Assembly: GCA_020241865.1 (NCBI GenBank) | Contig: GCA_020241865.1_4709.1 | Direction: 5' to 3' (one strand) | Length of the DNA: 64,000 nt | Origin: a phage | Shown: one piece after another, positions 48,606-57,512 of the stretch | Layout: each line of letters begins with the position of its first letter | Numbering within the stretch: position 1 is the stretch's first letter | Translations under genes and position numbers: made by a program | The notes under the pieces: model-generated | The model's input: the letters and a program-made list of their open reading frames with translations, nothing else | The model's database searches: none | Told to the model about the DNA's origin: nothing

Positions 48606-49916
48606 TTAGGCGATAATGGAGTCAAGAGTCGCTGCGGTTTTGAACAGATCGCTGTTCATTGTAGAAGAAAGGACTTGCTGAATTTCTTCCTGTTTAACCG
48701 CTTTACGAACCCCAGGACGAAGGATAAGCGTAACCATCTGTGAAAAGGTACGATTATTGTTCATCGCACTCAGCGTTTCATCGATTGTTTTGATGGCATC
48801 CAGCGTCATGGAACGAACATCGCTTGGGATATCACGATCTTTCAAGCGTATAATTAAATCTTGTTTGATTTTACGGAATCGTTCCATGTCGTTATCGTAA
48901 ATGCTGTATGTCGGATCTAACCAAACAGAAAGCGCGGTTACAGCGACAACAACCAACACGCCGATAGCACCAACAGAAGCTAAACCTATCGCCATCATAG
49001 AAGCTATAGTAGCATCCATGATGAAGGAGAGCCAGAACATCGTTTTGGACTTCACGGAGTCTTTGCTATAAAGCCGATACATTTTAGCAAGCCCGCTAAC
49101 GAGATACTCCCCACCGCCATGACGCGTAGCGAACTGATCAGCCATGAATTCGGAAGCAACGTCGGTATATCGTCCAGCGTTGTTTACGTTTCTTAACTGC
49201 ATCGCTCTGTTAGACACGTAAACCGTGTACCAGACACTACCGTCGTCTGAATCACTGATTTTGTCTACGTCGACGTTGGTATCCAACGTTTTGTTTAACG
49301 CTTTCGCCAGTTCGATACGTTTTACCTTATCGGTTGTCCCCAACAGTTCACGCTGTACGGTCATGATTGAGGCTTCGACACGAACCGTTTCCGACAATGT
49401 TTCAAGGAAGGTAAATGCGTGCCCGATTTCATGCAGCATTATGGCTGCTTTTTCTTCCGGAAGAAAGGGTTCTGTCGCCGTTAGCAGTTCATACGTGATG
49501 GCAGAACGAATCTTCAATTCTTCAAAAATACCGTAAACACGACCTTTTTCTAAATCGACGTAACCGACAGGTGTATCTTTAATCTTCTTAAGGAGCGTAA
49601 CACCATCAGCACCGCGCATCCATAACCGATGATAGTCTGCCAGGATTGTGTTGTTTGTCGAAATATCCGGCGGGTACACGTAGGCATTCATCCGGCCCAT
49701 TTTCACGTCGACCGAGAATTCGATGTTCAACCCCGTATAGCGTTTAACCATCTCGGTTAAACGACCGTCCTTGAAAACGTTTAAAACCTCTTTTTTATCC
49801 AGTCCCTGTTTGCTTCTGAAGAACTCGGTCATTTCCTTGAACAAGGAACCATCTTGAAACTTGATGGCCTCCATCGTTAATTCGTCATGACCATACACGC
49901 GTTGTAGTAATGACAT
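48606..49916 (-). CDS. membrane-associated zinc metallopeptidase candidate (HEXXH motif, 436 aa)
   Basis: ORF track; motif AIMLHEIGHAF at residues about 159-168 (about 49419-49433); about 40-residue hydrophobic stretch FWLSFIMDATIASMMAIGLASVGAIGVLVVVAVTALSVWL at residues about 293-332. Confidence 0.8.
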   Translation of the reverse strand: MSLLQRVYGHDELTMEAIKFQDGSLFKEMTEFFRSKQGLDKKEVLNVFKDGRLTEMVKRYTGLNIEFSVDVKMGRMNAYVYPPDISTNNTILADYHRLWMRGADGVTLLKKIKDTPVGYVDLEKGRVYGIFEELKIRSAITYELLTATEPFLPEEKAAIMLHEIGHAFTFLETLSETVRVEASIMTVQRELLGTTDKVKRIELAKALNKTLDTNVDVDKISDSDDGSVWYTVYVSNRAMQLRNVNNAGRYTDVASEFMADQFATRHGGGEYLVSGLAKMYRLYSKDSVKSKTMFWLSFIMDATIASMMAIGLASVGAIGVLVVVAVTALSVWLDPTYSIYDNDMERFRKIKQDLIIRLKDRDIPSDVRSMTLDAIKTIDETLSAMNNNRTFSQMVTLILRPGVRKAVKQEEIQQVLSSTMNSDLFKTAATLDSIIA

Positions 49917-49927
49917 TGTACACTCTC

Positions 49928-49945
49928 TAAATTTACGTAAATTTA
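49928..49945. promoter_or_regulatory. 18-bp perfect palindrome TAAATTTACGTAAATTTA in divergent intergenic region
   Basis: Read from sequence; 12 nt upstream of minus gene start 49916, in the 221-bp spacer before plus gene start 50138. Confidence 0.5.
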
Positions 49946-50137
49946 AGGGTTCATGGATCGGCTGGCCGCACCAATCACAATGTGTCCGCTGCTATGCAAC
50001 GGCATTCATAGAAATACCTTTTGACGGTAACATCACCGTTCATACCCCAAGCAATAAGAGTGGTCGGTTAAAAACAACAGAACGTGAGGATGATATAGAA
50101 AATCACCTTTTAACACTTATTACGAGTTTATCAAGCC

Positions 50138-51889
50138 ATGAGCGAACAAGAACGAAAACCTAAGAAGAAACTGCTCGGTATTCAATGTCGACACATCAGC
50201 TATAACGAAGCGAACGATGGCAGCAAGAACGACCTCATGATCGCAAAAGAGATCATGTTCTTCGATGATAATACGCAAGCGACGAACCTTCGCTTCTTCG
50301 AGAATTACAAACGTCCGTTTTGGGTGACGGTAGAGAGTAAACGTAAGAACAAATATAAAAAGGAAAGCGAGAAGCTCTCGCATGTGCGTCGCTACGATGT
50401 CCGCCAAAGCGAACTGGTTGAAAAGATCAGCTCGGTACTTTATAAAAGACGTGCTGACGATAACACCCGTTTACAGCAGCTTGCACGGAGTCCATACCTC
50501 TATGGAACGGACGTTAGCGCCAGCTGTTATTTAAAAACCCAGTACAACACAAAATGGCCGGAATACGTCGATAAATTACCCGCTTCCATTGCCTGTTTCG
50601 ATATCGAAACCGACGTTGTCCACGGACACGGTAAGATCGTTTGTATGTCTATTACAATGGGATACAATGCGATACTTTGCTATACCAAGGACTTCGTTGG
50701 TCATATTCCGAATGCCATTGAGAAAACCCATGAGAAGATTCGATATTACCTGGCCGAACGTCTGAATACCAAAGAAGATCCCCACGCATTCGAAAAATAT
50801 CAGTACGATGTTCGAATCGTAGAAAGCCCGGCACAAGCGGTCATCCAATGCATGCAGAAGGTTCACGAATGGCAGCCGGATTATCTCCTTGGCTGGAATA
50901 TCGCGTTCGATATTCCGCGCATGCTCCAGGCACTGAACGAGGAAGGGTATCGTCCCGAGGATGTTTTCTCCGATCCCCGTATACCACCTAAATATCGTAT
51001 TGCTCGCTGGGTACCACCGAAGACCGACAAGGTATCTGCTTCAGGTCGTAAAACCAACCTTACCCTTGAGCAAACCTGGCCGATGTTTTATACGATGGCT
51101 ACGTATCAGGTTATGGATGCGATGTGTGGCTATAAGTTCGTTCGTTTAGGAAGACCGGATGAAGGACGCTATTCACTCGATGCGGTGTTAGAGCGAAATA
51201 AATGCCATACGAAATTAAAAGCTATTCCTGGTACAGAGGGGTTCACGGAGCTTGCCTGGCACGAAGAGATGCAAACGAACCATCAAATCGACTACGGCGT
51301 ATATAACCTTTGGGATAACCAGGGTATTGAGGCGTTGGACCAGAAAACAAAAGACTATTCGATGACCATCCCTATCCGTTTAGCGGCGTCGGATTTGAAA
51401 GATTTCAGTTCTAACCCTAAACGTATCTGCGATAAACTTTTCTTCGTTTATCTTAACCGTGGGGAAGTCATGGGATGTACCGCTGACGACATGACCCAGG
51501 AAGAAGATAAGTGGGTTATCTCACGAGCTGGACATATCGTCACATTACCATGCGATCTCATGGCTGACAACGGCATTCATCTCTTCTGGGATATGCCGAA
51601 CCTGAGAAGTTATATCCGTCTATTCGTTGCAGACCTTGACATTAGCAGTTCATACCCGAATGGGCAGATCCTGTTGAATCTATCCAGAGCGTGTGTTTTT
51701 CGCGAGCTCTCACGCATTGAGGGCGTCTCTGACTATCAATTCAGGAAGTTAGGTATCAACTTTATTACCGGAGGTAAAACGAACGCTGTAGACTTCTGTA
51801 GAATCGTTTATAAAGCACCATCGATGTTTGAACTTTTAGAACATTTCGATGCAACGCGTCCAAAAGAGGAAGCGCGGACCATCGAATGA
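50138..51889 (+). CDS. family-B DNA polymerase N-terminal fragment (3'-5' exonuclease domain plus motif A), 583 aa
   Basis: Motifs by eye in canonical order: Exo I CFDIETD (about residue 155), Exo II WNIAFDIP (about 258), Exo III Y-x3-D (YQVMD about 323 or YSLDAV about 345), motif-A-like DLDISSSYPNG (about 499); no motif B (K-x3-NS-x-YG) or motif C (YGDTDS) before stop. Confidence 0.8.
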   Translation: MSEQERKPKKKLLGIQCRHISYNEANDGSKNDLMIAKEIMFFDDNTQATNLRFFENYKRPFWVTVESKRKNKYKKESEKLSHVRRYDVRQSELVEKISSVLYKRRADDNTRLQQLARSPYLYGTDVSASCYLKTQYNTKWPEYVDKLPASIACFDIETDVVHGHGKIVCMSITMGYNAILCYTKDFVGHIPNAIEKTHEKIRYYLAERLNTKEDPHAFEKYQYDVRIVESPAQAVIQCMQKVHEWQPDYLLGWNIAFDIPRMLQALNEEGYRPEDVFSDPRIPPKYRIARWVPPKTDKVSASGRKTNLTLEQTWPMFYTMATYQVMDAMCGYKFVRLGRPDEGRYSLDAVLERNKCHTKLKAIPGTEGFTELAWHEEMQTNHQIDYGVYNLWDNQGIEALDQKTKDYSMTIPIRLAASDLKDFSSNPKRICDKLFFVYLNRGEVMGCTADDMTQEEDKWVISRAGHIVTLPCDLMADNGIHLFWDMPNLRSYIRLFVADLDISSSYPNGQILLNLSRACVFRELSRIEGVSDYQFRKLGINFITGGKTNAVDFCRIVYKAPSMFELLEHFDATRPKEEARTIE

Positions 51890-51936
51890 TTCAAGTAGGT
51901 TGATCCTCGCTTAACAAAAAAGAAAACACATGCGAA

Positions 51937-51969
51937 GCCCCTCCCCCTGGCGGAAGCCGGAGGGAGGGG
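51937..51969. terminator. GC-rich stem-loop CCCCTCCC...GGGAGGGG between convergent genes
   Basis: Imperfect inverted repeat between stop 51889 (plus) and stop 51976 (minus). Confidence 0.55.
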
Positions 51970-51975
51970 TGAGGT

Positions 51976-52461
51976 TTATGCGCGTTCGTTACCAACCGTT
52001 ACTTTGTAGTCAGCGTCGGTTAAGAAAATAGACAGGAATCCATGTTCTTTGCAAATCTTACTAAGGATGTCAGCAATGATTTCGTTGATCATCGGCTTGT
52101 TTGCAAGGGCATAGATGTACCCGGGTGTAAAAGAAAGTGCGTGATTGATCATAGGCTCATGAGAAGCCAAGATAAGGATCACGTGATGCTTCCCATCGTC
52201 GGTAACGACCGCTTGCGTAGACACGAAGAAATCAGTGAAGCAGCAGCGATCACAGGCTTTAGGTATATACAAGTCACCCAGAGCTTCGTCACGTGCTTTT
52301 ACGTGTGTTTCAGGGGTGATGCTGCTAAGTTGATCTTCAGCGAGATCCAAGACATCCTCAATCGTTTTAAGAATAGCGTTGCGGAAATCCTCACGGTAGA
52401 ATGGGATGATATCACGATCGTTCATGTAATCGCCGGATTCGATAGTAAAGTTGATGTTCAT
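51976..52461 (-). CDS. small hypothetical protein (161 aa), small-gene island
   Basis: ORF track; ATG 52461 with AGGAG upstream. Confidence 0.75.
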   Translation of the reverse strand: MNINFTIESGDYMNDRDIIPFYREDFRNAILKTIEDVLDLAEDQLSSITPETHVKARDEALGDLYIPKACDRCCFTDFFVSTQAVVTDDGKHHVILILASHEPMINHALSFTPGYIYALANKPMINEIIADILSKICKEHGFLSIFLTDADYKVTVGNERA

Positions 52462-52531
52462 TGAATGCTCCTAGTGGTTATGTCGATTGATCGATGTATT
52501 GATTTATGTTTGAAGGTGTTGTTCACCTTCG

Positions 52532-52996
52532 TTAGATATCGTCATCCGTGGTGCCGTAGGACATATGCTGAATTAATTTTCTCGGCTCGATGAAAATACG
52601 ACATGTGATAAACACATCGGGATCGTATTGCTCCACGCAACGTCCGAAGGTTTGTTTTGCGGCTTGGCGCATCGATGTTATTTCCTGATCGTTCATCGCA
52701 TTATCGAATTCGATGTTGATCGCGATTTTATCGGGAAATAAATAGATAAAGTAATCGCCGCTGATACCACCATCATCAAAGTGACGTTCATTGTAGCACT
52801 GGACGAGCTTACCTTCACGTTCTTTCTGATACCACCCAAGGATACTATTAAGACCTCTGTCCACGCATTCGAATGCTTGAGTAATAACATCCTCAACGAC
52901 GGATGCAGGCGTGGGACCATTGAATAGACGATCTAAGCGCTTTTTCATCGATTTGGTTTTCTCGTTCATGATTTCTTTTCCTGTTATAATCGGCAT
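52532..52996 (-). CDS. small hypothetical protein (154 aa), small-gene island
   Basis: ORF track; ATG 52996 lies 4 nt after the 3' arm of stem-loop 53001-53030, which supplies the only SD-like sequence (GGGGAAGGG). Confidence 0.75.
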   Translation of the reverse strand: MPIITGKEIMNEKTKSMKKRLDRLFNGPTPASVVEDVITQAFECVDRGLNSILGWYQKEREGKLVQCYNERHFDDGGISGDYFIYLFPDKIAINIEFDNAMNDQEITSMRQAAKQTFGRCVEQYDPDVFITCRIFIEPRKLIQHMSYGTTDDDI

Positions 52997-53000
52997 ACAA

Positions 53001-53030
53001 CCCTTCCCCGGCCTGATGGCTAGGGAAGGG
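53001..53030 (-). terminator. GC-rich stem-loop CCCTTCCC...GGGAAGGG (family relative) overlapping the ribosome-binding site of gene 52532-52996
   Basis: Inverted repeat between stop 53045 and start 52996. Confidence 0.55.
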
Positions 53031-53044
53031 GCTATGCTACGTTG

Positions 53045-53443
53045 TTATGCTTCGCAATCAGCTGAAGGCGTCGCGCCTTTCTTACCAGCGATACGCCAAA
53101 TCCGACACGCTGGGTAATGGTTAACCTCTAGAGAGCAAGGAATGTTATATTTCTCTTCCAGCGCATAAAGACATTTCGTTAGCTGCTCCAGCGCGTTCTC
53201 GTCGTGTCGTAACGCGTGGTGGCCTAATCGATGTTGGTCGTTCTTTATATACGCCTCGAAGAGAACATGTTGGCGATGTACGCTGACGTTTACAGCCTCG
53301 AGTATAGCTTGGTCGAGCATACGACTAAAGCACATCAACGAGTCAGATACGTTTTCTCGCTTAACCAGATCGATCATGGCGGGAATATACGAATGGTCGA
53401 TGTTATCGATGACCGCTTTAGCGACGGAATCAGCAACGTTCAT
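53045..53443 (-). CDS. small hypothetical protein (132 aa), tandem paralog of 53481-53876
   Basis: ORF track; shared motifs KAVxDNIDH, MIDxxK, EEKYNIP-SLEVN. Confidence 0.8.
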   Translation of the reverse strand: MNVADSVAKAVIDNIDHSYIPAMIDLVKRENVSDSLMCFSRMLDQAILEAVNVSVHRQHVLFEAYIKNDQHRLGHHALRHDENALEQLTKCLYALEEKYNIPCSLEVNHYPACRIWRIAGKKGATPSADCEA

Positions 53444-53480
53444 CTTTTTTAATCCCTAGTTTGTTATTGATCACGTATAT

Positions 53481-53876
53481 TTACTCTTTGACGTCAGTTG
53501 TCGTTTCGACATGCTTCTCACTACTGACGTACCAGAGCAGGTACGCTGGGAAAAGATTGACCTCTAAGCTAAATGGGATATTGTATTTCTCTTCCATTTT
53601 ACAGAGATGTTCTTTAAGTAAATTTCTCGCGTCTCTGTCACCACGAACAGAGTGCCAGTCTAGTTCTTTGTTCTCCTTTACCAGGACCTCTACGATGATA
53701 CGTTGCTCGTGAACCTCGGTTTTCACAGTGAAAAGTAAATCGCTGCTATCCAAACGGGTAAAACGAATGTATGAACCAGGTGTTTTTTCTTGTTTAATAA
53801 TATCGATCATGGTAGAAATGCGCGGATGATCGATGTTGTCGTTAACAGCTTTAACGATGGATTCTACAATGCTCAT
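53481..53876 (-). CDS. small hypothetical protein (131 aa), tandem paralog of 53045-53443
   Basis: ORF track; ATG 53876 with AAGGA upstream. Confidence 0.8.
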   Translation of the reverse strand: MSIVESIVKAVNDNIDHPRISTMIDIIKQEKTPGSYIRFTRLDSSDLLFTVKTEVHEQRIIVEVLVKENKELDWHSVRGDRDARNLLKEHLCKMEEKYNIPFSLEVNLFPAYLLWYVSSEKHVETTTDVKE

Positions 53877-53908
53877 TTTTTATCCTTAATGTTATCGATT
53901 TGGAAATA

Positions 53909-54676
53909 TTACTTATTTTTGCTTTCTTTATAGACAGTTGTTACCCACGATGGGAAAGCCGGATGGAAACAGAGCGTGAACGTAACTGTCGTATCGTATT
54001 TAAACGCACAGTTCACTAACCGGGTATCTAACGTTTTCCTTAATCCGTCATCATCGTTATCGATGATGGTCATATCTCTTAATATCCCAAGCACGTTAAC
54101 GCCATCGGGTGTCTGGGTTACGACAAGTCGTCGTAATGGCCCGCATGTATAGTCACGTACAAATCCTTTCTTCGGGTCCGATACCCTGTTTAACGCATCG
54201 TGATTTTTGATGAATTCATCGGCGATACAATAGGTTTGCTCCCTTGCTTTATCGGGATCGTATTCTGCTAATAGTTCCTTCGTGTCGAATGTTATCGCGT
54301 TATTAGCATTCGATTCAGAAGGGAAACATAAAACTAAACGAACAGGGTATTCATATTGATCTGTTCTCGTTTCGAAAGCATTAGCTAAACACGGCTTGTA
54401 TGCCTTTGCGTCGACATTGTCCAAACACGGATGCAATAATGCGTGAATAACGGCACCATCGTCAGTTAAACCGAATTCCAGAAATTGTGTTTCATCGACA
54501 TCCGTGACGGTTTTCTGAAGATACGCTTTACCGTTAACGATATCGGTATCCCACATATCGTCGTTTAACGATTCTTCAAACTTATCGAATATATGGTTTA
54601 CGAAATTGATGAGTTCATCAATACGACACTGTTGGTTGAATTCGATTAATCGTTGAACTTTATCTCTGATAGACAT
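53909..54676 (-). CDS. hypothetical protein (255 aa), small-gene island
   Basis: ORF track; ATG 54676 with AAGGAG upstream. Confidence 0.8.
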   Translation of the reverse strand: MSIRDKVQRLIEFNQQCRIDELINFVNHIFDKFEESLNDDMWDTDIVNGKAYLQKTVTDVDETQFLEFGLTDDGAVIHALLHPCLDNVDAKAYKPCLANAFETRTDQYEYPVRLVLCFPSESNANNAITFDTKELLAEYDPDKAREQTYCIADEFIKNHDALNRVSDPKKGFVRDYTCGPLRRLVVTQTPDGVNVLGILRDMTIIDNDDDGLRKTLDTRLVNCAFKYDTTVTFTLCFHPAFPSWVTTVYKESKNK

Positions 54677-54678
54677 GA

Positions 54679-55143
54679 TTACTCCTTAGTTCCTTCTTCG
54701 TTGGACGTATATTCCACATAGTGGAATTCACGGCCGTCGATAAACTTGAGTGCTACTGTAATAGGGAAATCACACGGCATAGCGGATTTCGTAAATGCGT
54801 TATCAGCAACATCAGATAACCGACGTATGGTATTCTCCCCTTTTGCTATGAATGGGAATTTAATGTTAATAAGGATACGGTGTTTGTAAATAGTAAAGAC
54901 GACAGTGCTGTCGAAATGTACCCCAGTTAAAGTCATTGTTGGGATACGTTTTACAACGGAGAAATGTGTCCCGTCAATATCGCTACTTCCCACTGACCAT
55001 TCATCGGAATTGCGTAGACTTTTCTTGAGGATATCAACGCTTTGCGTGACCACCTCAGCAACTTGTACGACGTACGTGTCTTTATGCATGTCGAAAAGTT
55101 CGTTGACGTTAGATTTGAATGAATAAACCGTTGCCATTATCAT
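54679..55143 (-). CDS. small hypothetical protein (154 aa), small-gene island
   Basis: ORF track; ATG 55143 overlaps upstream stop (ATGA); alternative ATG 55137 has better SD spacing. Confidence 0.75.
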   Translation of the reverse strand: MIMATVYSFKSNVNELFDMHKDTYVVQVAEVVTQSVDILKKSLRNSDEWSVGSSDIDGTHFSVVKRIPTMTLTGVHFDSTVVFTIYKHRILINIKFPFIAKGENTIRRLSDVADNAFTKSAMPCDFPITVALKFIDGREFHYVEYTSNEEGTKE

Positions 55144-55598
55144 ACCTCTTTTTTCATCTTCATCGGAACAGCGAGTGCTGCACTCGCTGTTCCATTATCC
55201 GGCTCATATTCCAATGTAACGAGATTGCAGCCGTCCGATAATTCATAATCGATCGCTAGGGGGAACGAGATACCGTGCGACTTTATGCATTTACCAAATG
55301 TCTCGTTGGCTGTATACATTAGAAGTTGCTTTGCGGCAAGCCCGTTTACGCTGAAAGGTAATTGTGCTGTCGCAGCGATACGATTATTGTAAACTCTGAT
55401 ATCGGTGATATCTACAATCGTAGCATTGCCGTGTTGTGTTGATGGAACGGATAGGTTGTAGAAGTAAGGTTCGGAGTCGGAATCGGGCTCGTTAAATAAT
55501 TCCCAGCACCCGTCCTCCTGCAATCTTACTTCGAGTATTTCAAAGCTTTTAATTATCGATTCTACCAGCTGCTCACCGTAAGAATCCCATGTCGTCAT
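55140..55598 (-). CDS. small hypothetical protein (152 aa), small-gene island
   Basis: ORF track; ATG 55598. Confidence 0.75.
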   Translation of the reverse strand: MTTWDSYGEQLVESIIKSFEILEVRLQEDGCWELFNEPDSDSEPYFYNLSVPSTQHGNATIVDITDIRVYNNRIAATAQLPFSVNGLAAKQLLMYTANETFGKCIKSHGISFPLAIDYELSDGCNLVTLEYEPDNGTASAALAVPMKMKKEV

Positions 55599-55669
55599 TT
55601 TTTAACACCTTCGACACCTTTTAACCGATACGTGTCCCATCTAACAAGGGACACGATATCGTTGATTAA

Positions 55670-56164
55670 TTACTCTTCTGTGTTTTCATTGTCAGGATCG
55701 TAGTGGAATTCGAACAGCCCTGAACCGTCGTGTCCGTTGATTGTTAGTATAACGGGCATATCGAATCCTCGGACACGCGAATGAAAACATTGTGCTAATT
55801 TTAGTTTGGCGTATGCCGCTACTTCATTGACAGCAATACACGATTCACCTGTTATACTCAGTATAACGTCGATACTAACAATGTTGTCGTGCAACGCAAA
55901 ACGCCAGCGATCGATACGATTATTATCTTTATCGGTTGTCTCGTTTACGAGATAGACTTTATCGTCAACCGACAAAGCGGGACTCCAGCAACGATCGTTT
56001 ATTAAATTCGCCTGGAGTTTTAGTATCGTCTGATCGATAATATCCCAACACGTAACCAGCGTGGTGTCAGGCACTGAGTAGAGAAGGGCGTGCACTTTAT
56101 CCTTTATTTTAAGTGCTTCCGCAGGACGTCCGCAAATACCATGCATTTCGACTTTCTTATTCAT
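55670..56164 (-). CDS. small hypothetical protein (about 164 aa), small-gene island
   Basis: Track start 56170 is GTG; ATG at 56164. Confidence 0.7.
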   Translation of the reverse strand: MNKKVEMHGICGRPAEALKIKDKVHALLYSVPDTTLVTCWDIIDQTILKLQANLINDRCWSPALSVDDKVYLVNETTDKDNNRIDRWRFALHDNIVSIDVILSITGESCIAVNEVAAYAKLKLAQCFHSRVRGFDMPVILTINGHDGSGLFEFHYDPDNENTEE

Positions 56165-56208
56165 ATTCACTTCTTTCTTAATCTAAATGTTAGTTGGGGG
56201 TGGGATGC

Positions 56209-56811
56209 TTACATGCTTTCTAGCATATTGACGATCATGGAACCCATACCGAAACTCGGTCTCTCACCGATATACTCAGCAAGCTGGCGATGGACGTCTT
56301 TTGGATTTCCTTCTTCACCGTCAGCATCGATGTAGACTGAAAAAGAAACCGAATCGGAATCCACGCTGATAACCAGACGACGTTCATTGCGTTCCTTGAG
56401 CGTGTCGACGATAGATGCTTTCAGTACCGGGATCGCATTCATCGCGTGCAAGATATCTCCATCGGGTTTCGGCAGATCGATCTTTTCTTTCAGGTCGATA
56501 TTGATGTTGGTTACAATTGGGTTGAGGTCGACCTTGACGTAATCGTTAGGGTACATGCGAATAATCGCACGATCGATATCTGAACCGTAAAAGTCAACAC
56601 GTGGCTTTAACACTTCTTTGTTTGGATCCATGTTTTCATCCATACCCGCCTGCAAGAAACGTTCTACGTTATCCAGTTCACGATAAACTAACGCTTCGAT
56701 TTCTTTCAGATAGTTGGCTGCGGTTTCATGTTCTTTACGCAGCTCGTCTTTAAGGAGCTGTACGGTGGTTTCACTGGAACGAATGCTGTTCGCGAATTGG
56801 GTAATTGACAT
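56209..56811 (-). CDS. hypothetical protein (about 200 aa), small-gene island
   Basis: Track start 56841 is TTG; ATG 56811 has AAGGA 8 nt upstream. Confidence 0.75.
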   Translation of the reverse strand: MSITQFANSIRSSETTVQLLKDELRKEHETAANYLKEIEALVYRELDNVERFLQAGMDENMDPNKEVLKPRVDFYGSDIDRAIIRMYPNDYVKVDLNPIVTNINIDLKEKIDLPKPDGDILHAMNAIPVLKASIVDTLKERNERRLVISVDSDSVSFSVYIDADGEEGNPKDVHRQLAEYIGERPSFGMGSMIVNMLESM

Positions 56812-56858
56812 ATCGAATTCCTTAAATTCTCTTGAGTTCAATTAATGATGAAAAGCTG

Positions 56859-56887
56859 TAAAAAAAAAAGGTGGGGCGAACCCCACC
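56859..56887 (-). terminator. intrinsic terminator: stem GGTGGGG-CGAA-CCCCACC followed by T10 on minus strand
   Basis: Perfect 7-bp stem with 4-nt loop and A10 tract on plus strand (U-tract on minus transcript), 26 nt after stop of gene 56913-57338. Confidence 0.75.
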
Positions 56888-56912
56888 AAAACGTCAGACA
56901 CACGCGGGAAAA

Positions 56913-57338
56913 TTAATTCAGTGATGCATATAAGGCATAACGACTGTAGATCTCAACCGCCGGTCCGTTATGCGTTAACAGACCGTCTCGGCTGTAATAC
57001 TGGAAAAATGAATAACGTTTGTCGAAGTGATAAACAAAAGCAATGTCTTTGCCGTCAAAACCTGTGATGCGTGGTCTGTTTTTATCTAGCAATGCTTTGA
57101 CTTTTAACAGTGTTGCCGCACGTGCTTTAACGTTAGGGATCAAGCCATCACAATCGATATAAACAGTGTAACCTGTTTCAGATGTTGCGACGGTCGTATT
57201 GCGATTGACGCGGAAGATTTTTGTTTCGTATGTACTATCTTCAAGAATTGGGTTTTGTTTTTCGTATTTTCGTTTACGCAGAAATTCTACAACGGTGATA
57301 TAGTTAGCGGTAATATGCCCGGTTATAGCTTGTAACAT
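56913..57338 (-). CDS. small hypothetical protein (141 aa) downstream of promoter-like motif copy 2
   Basis: ORF track; ATG 57338 with AAAGGA upstream. Confidence 0.8.
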   Translation of the reverse strand: MLQAITGHITANYITVVEFLRKRKYEKQNPILEDSTYETKIFRVNRNTTVATSETGYTVYIDCDGLIPNVKARAATLLKVKALLDKNRPRITGFDGKDIAFVYHFDKRYSFFQYYSRDGLLTHNGPAVEIYSRYALYASLN

Positions 57339-57404
57339 CTTGACATCCTTTTATATTGGATTGGTTGCAATTGTCTTAAATAGATGATAAGATATTTTGC
57401 TCTT

Positions 57405-57437
57405 ATCACTAAGGTAATGTAGTCGCGAAATAAACTG
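57405..57437 (-). promoter_or_regulatory. conserved promoter-like motif copy 2 (minus strand CAGTTTATTTCGCGACTACATTACCTTAGTGAT)
   Basis: Near-identical to 19381-19416; adjacent inverted repeat TGATAAGA-N8-TCTTATCA at 57385-57408; about 67 nt upstream of ATG 57338. Confidence 0.5.
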
Positions 57438-57467
57438 CGTTAACACGAAATAAAAAACAGCATAGAA

Positions 57468-57507
57468 CCCTCCTCCCACATCCTTCAAGAGGACGGTGGG
57501 AAGAGGG
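57468..57507 (-). terminator. GC-rich stem-loop CCCTCCTCCC...GGGAAGAGGG (family member, enlarged loop)
   Basis: Inverted repeat with one mismatch, 6 nt after stop of gene 57513-57914. Confidence 0.55.
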
Positions 57508-57512
57508 AGAGA

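Noticed and set aside
4808-57507. TATG immediately after the GC-rich stem-loops as a late-promoter signal
   Set aside because: The TATG pairs with an upstream CATA to extend the stem, and it is also present where no gene follows in that orientation (convergent junctions at 4843, 16102, 41679). I treat it as part of the hairpin; a promoter role is not excluded.
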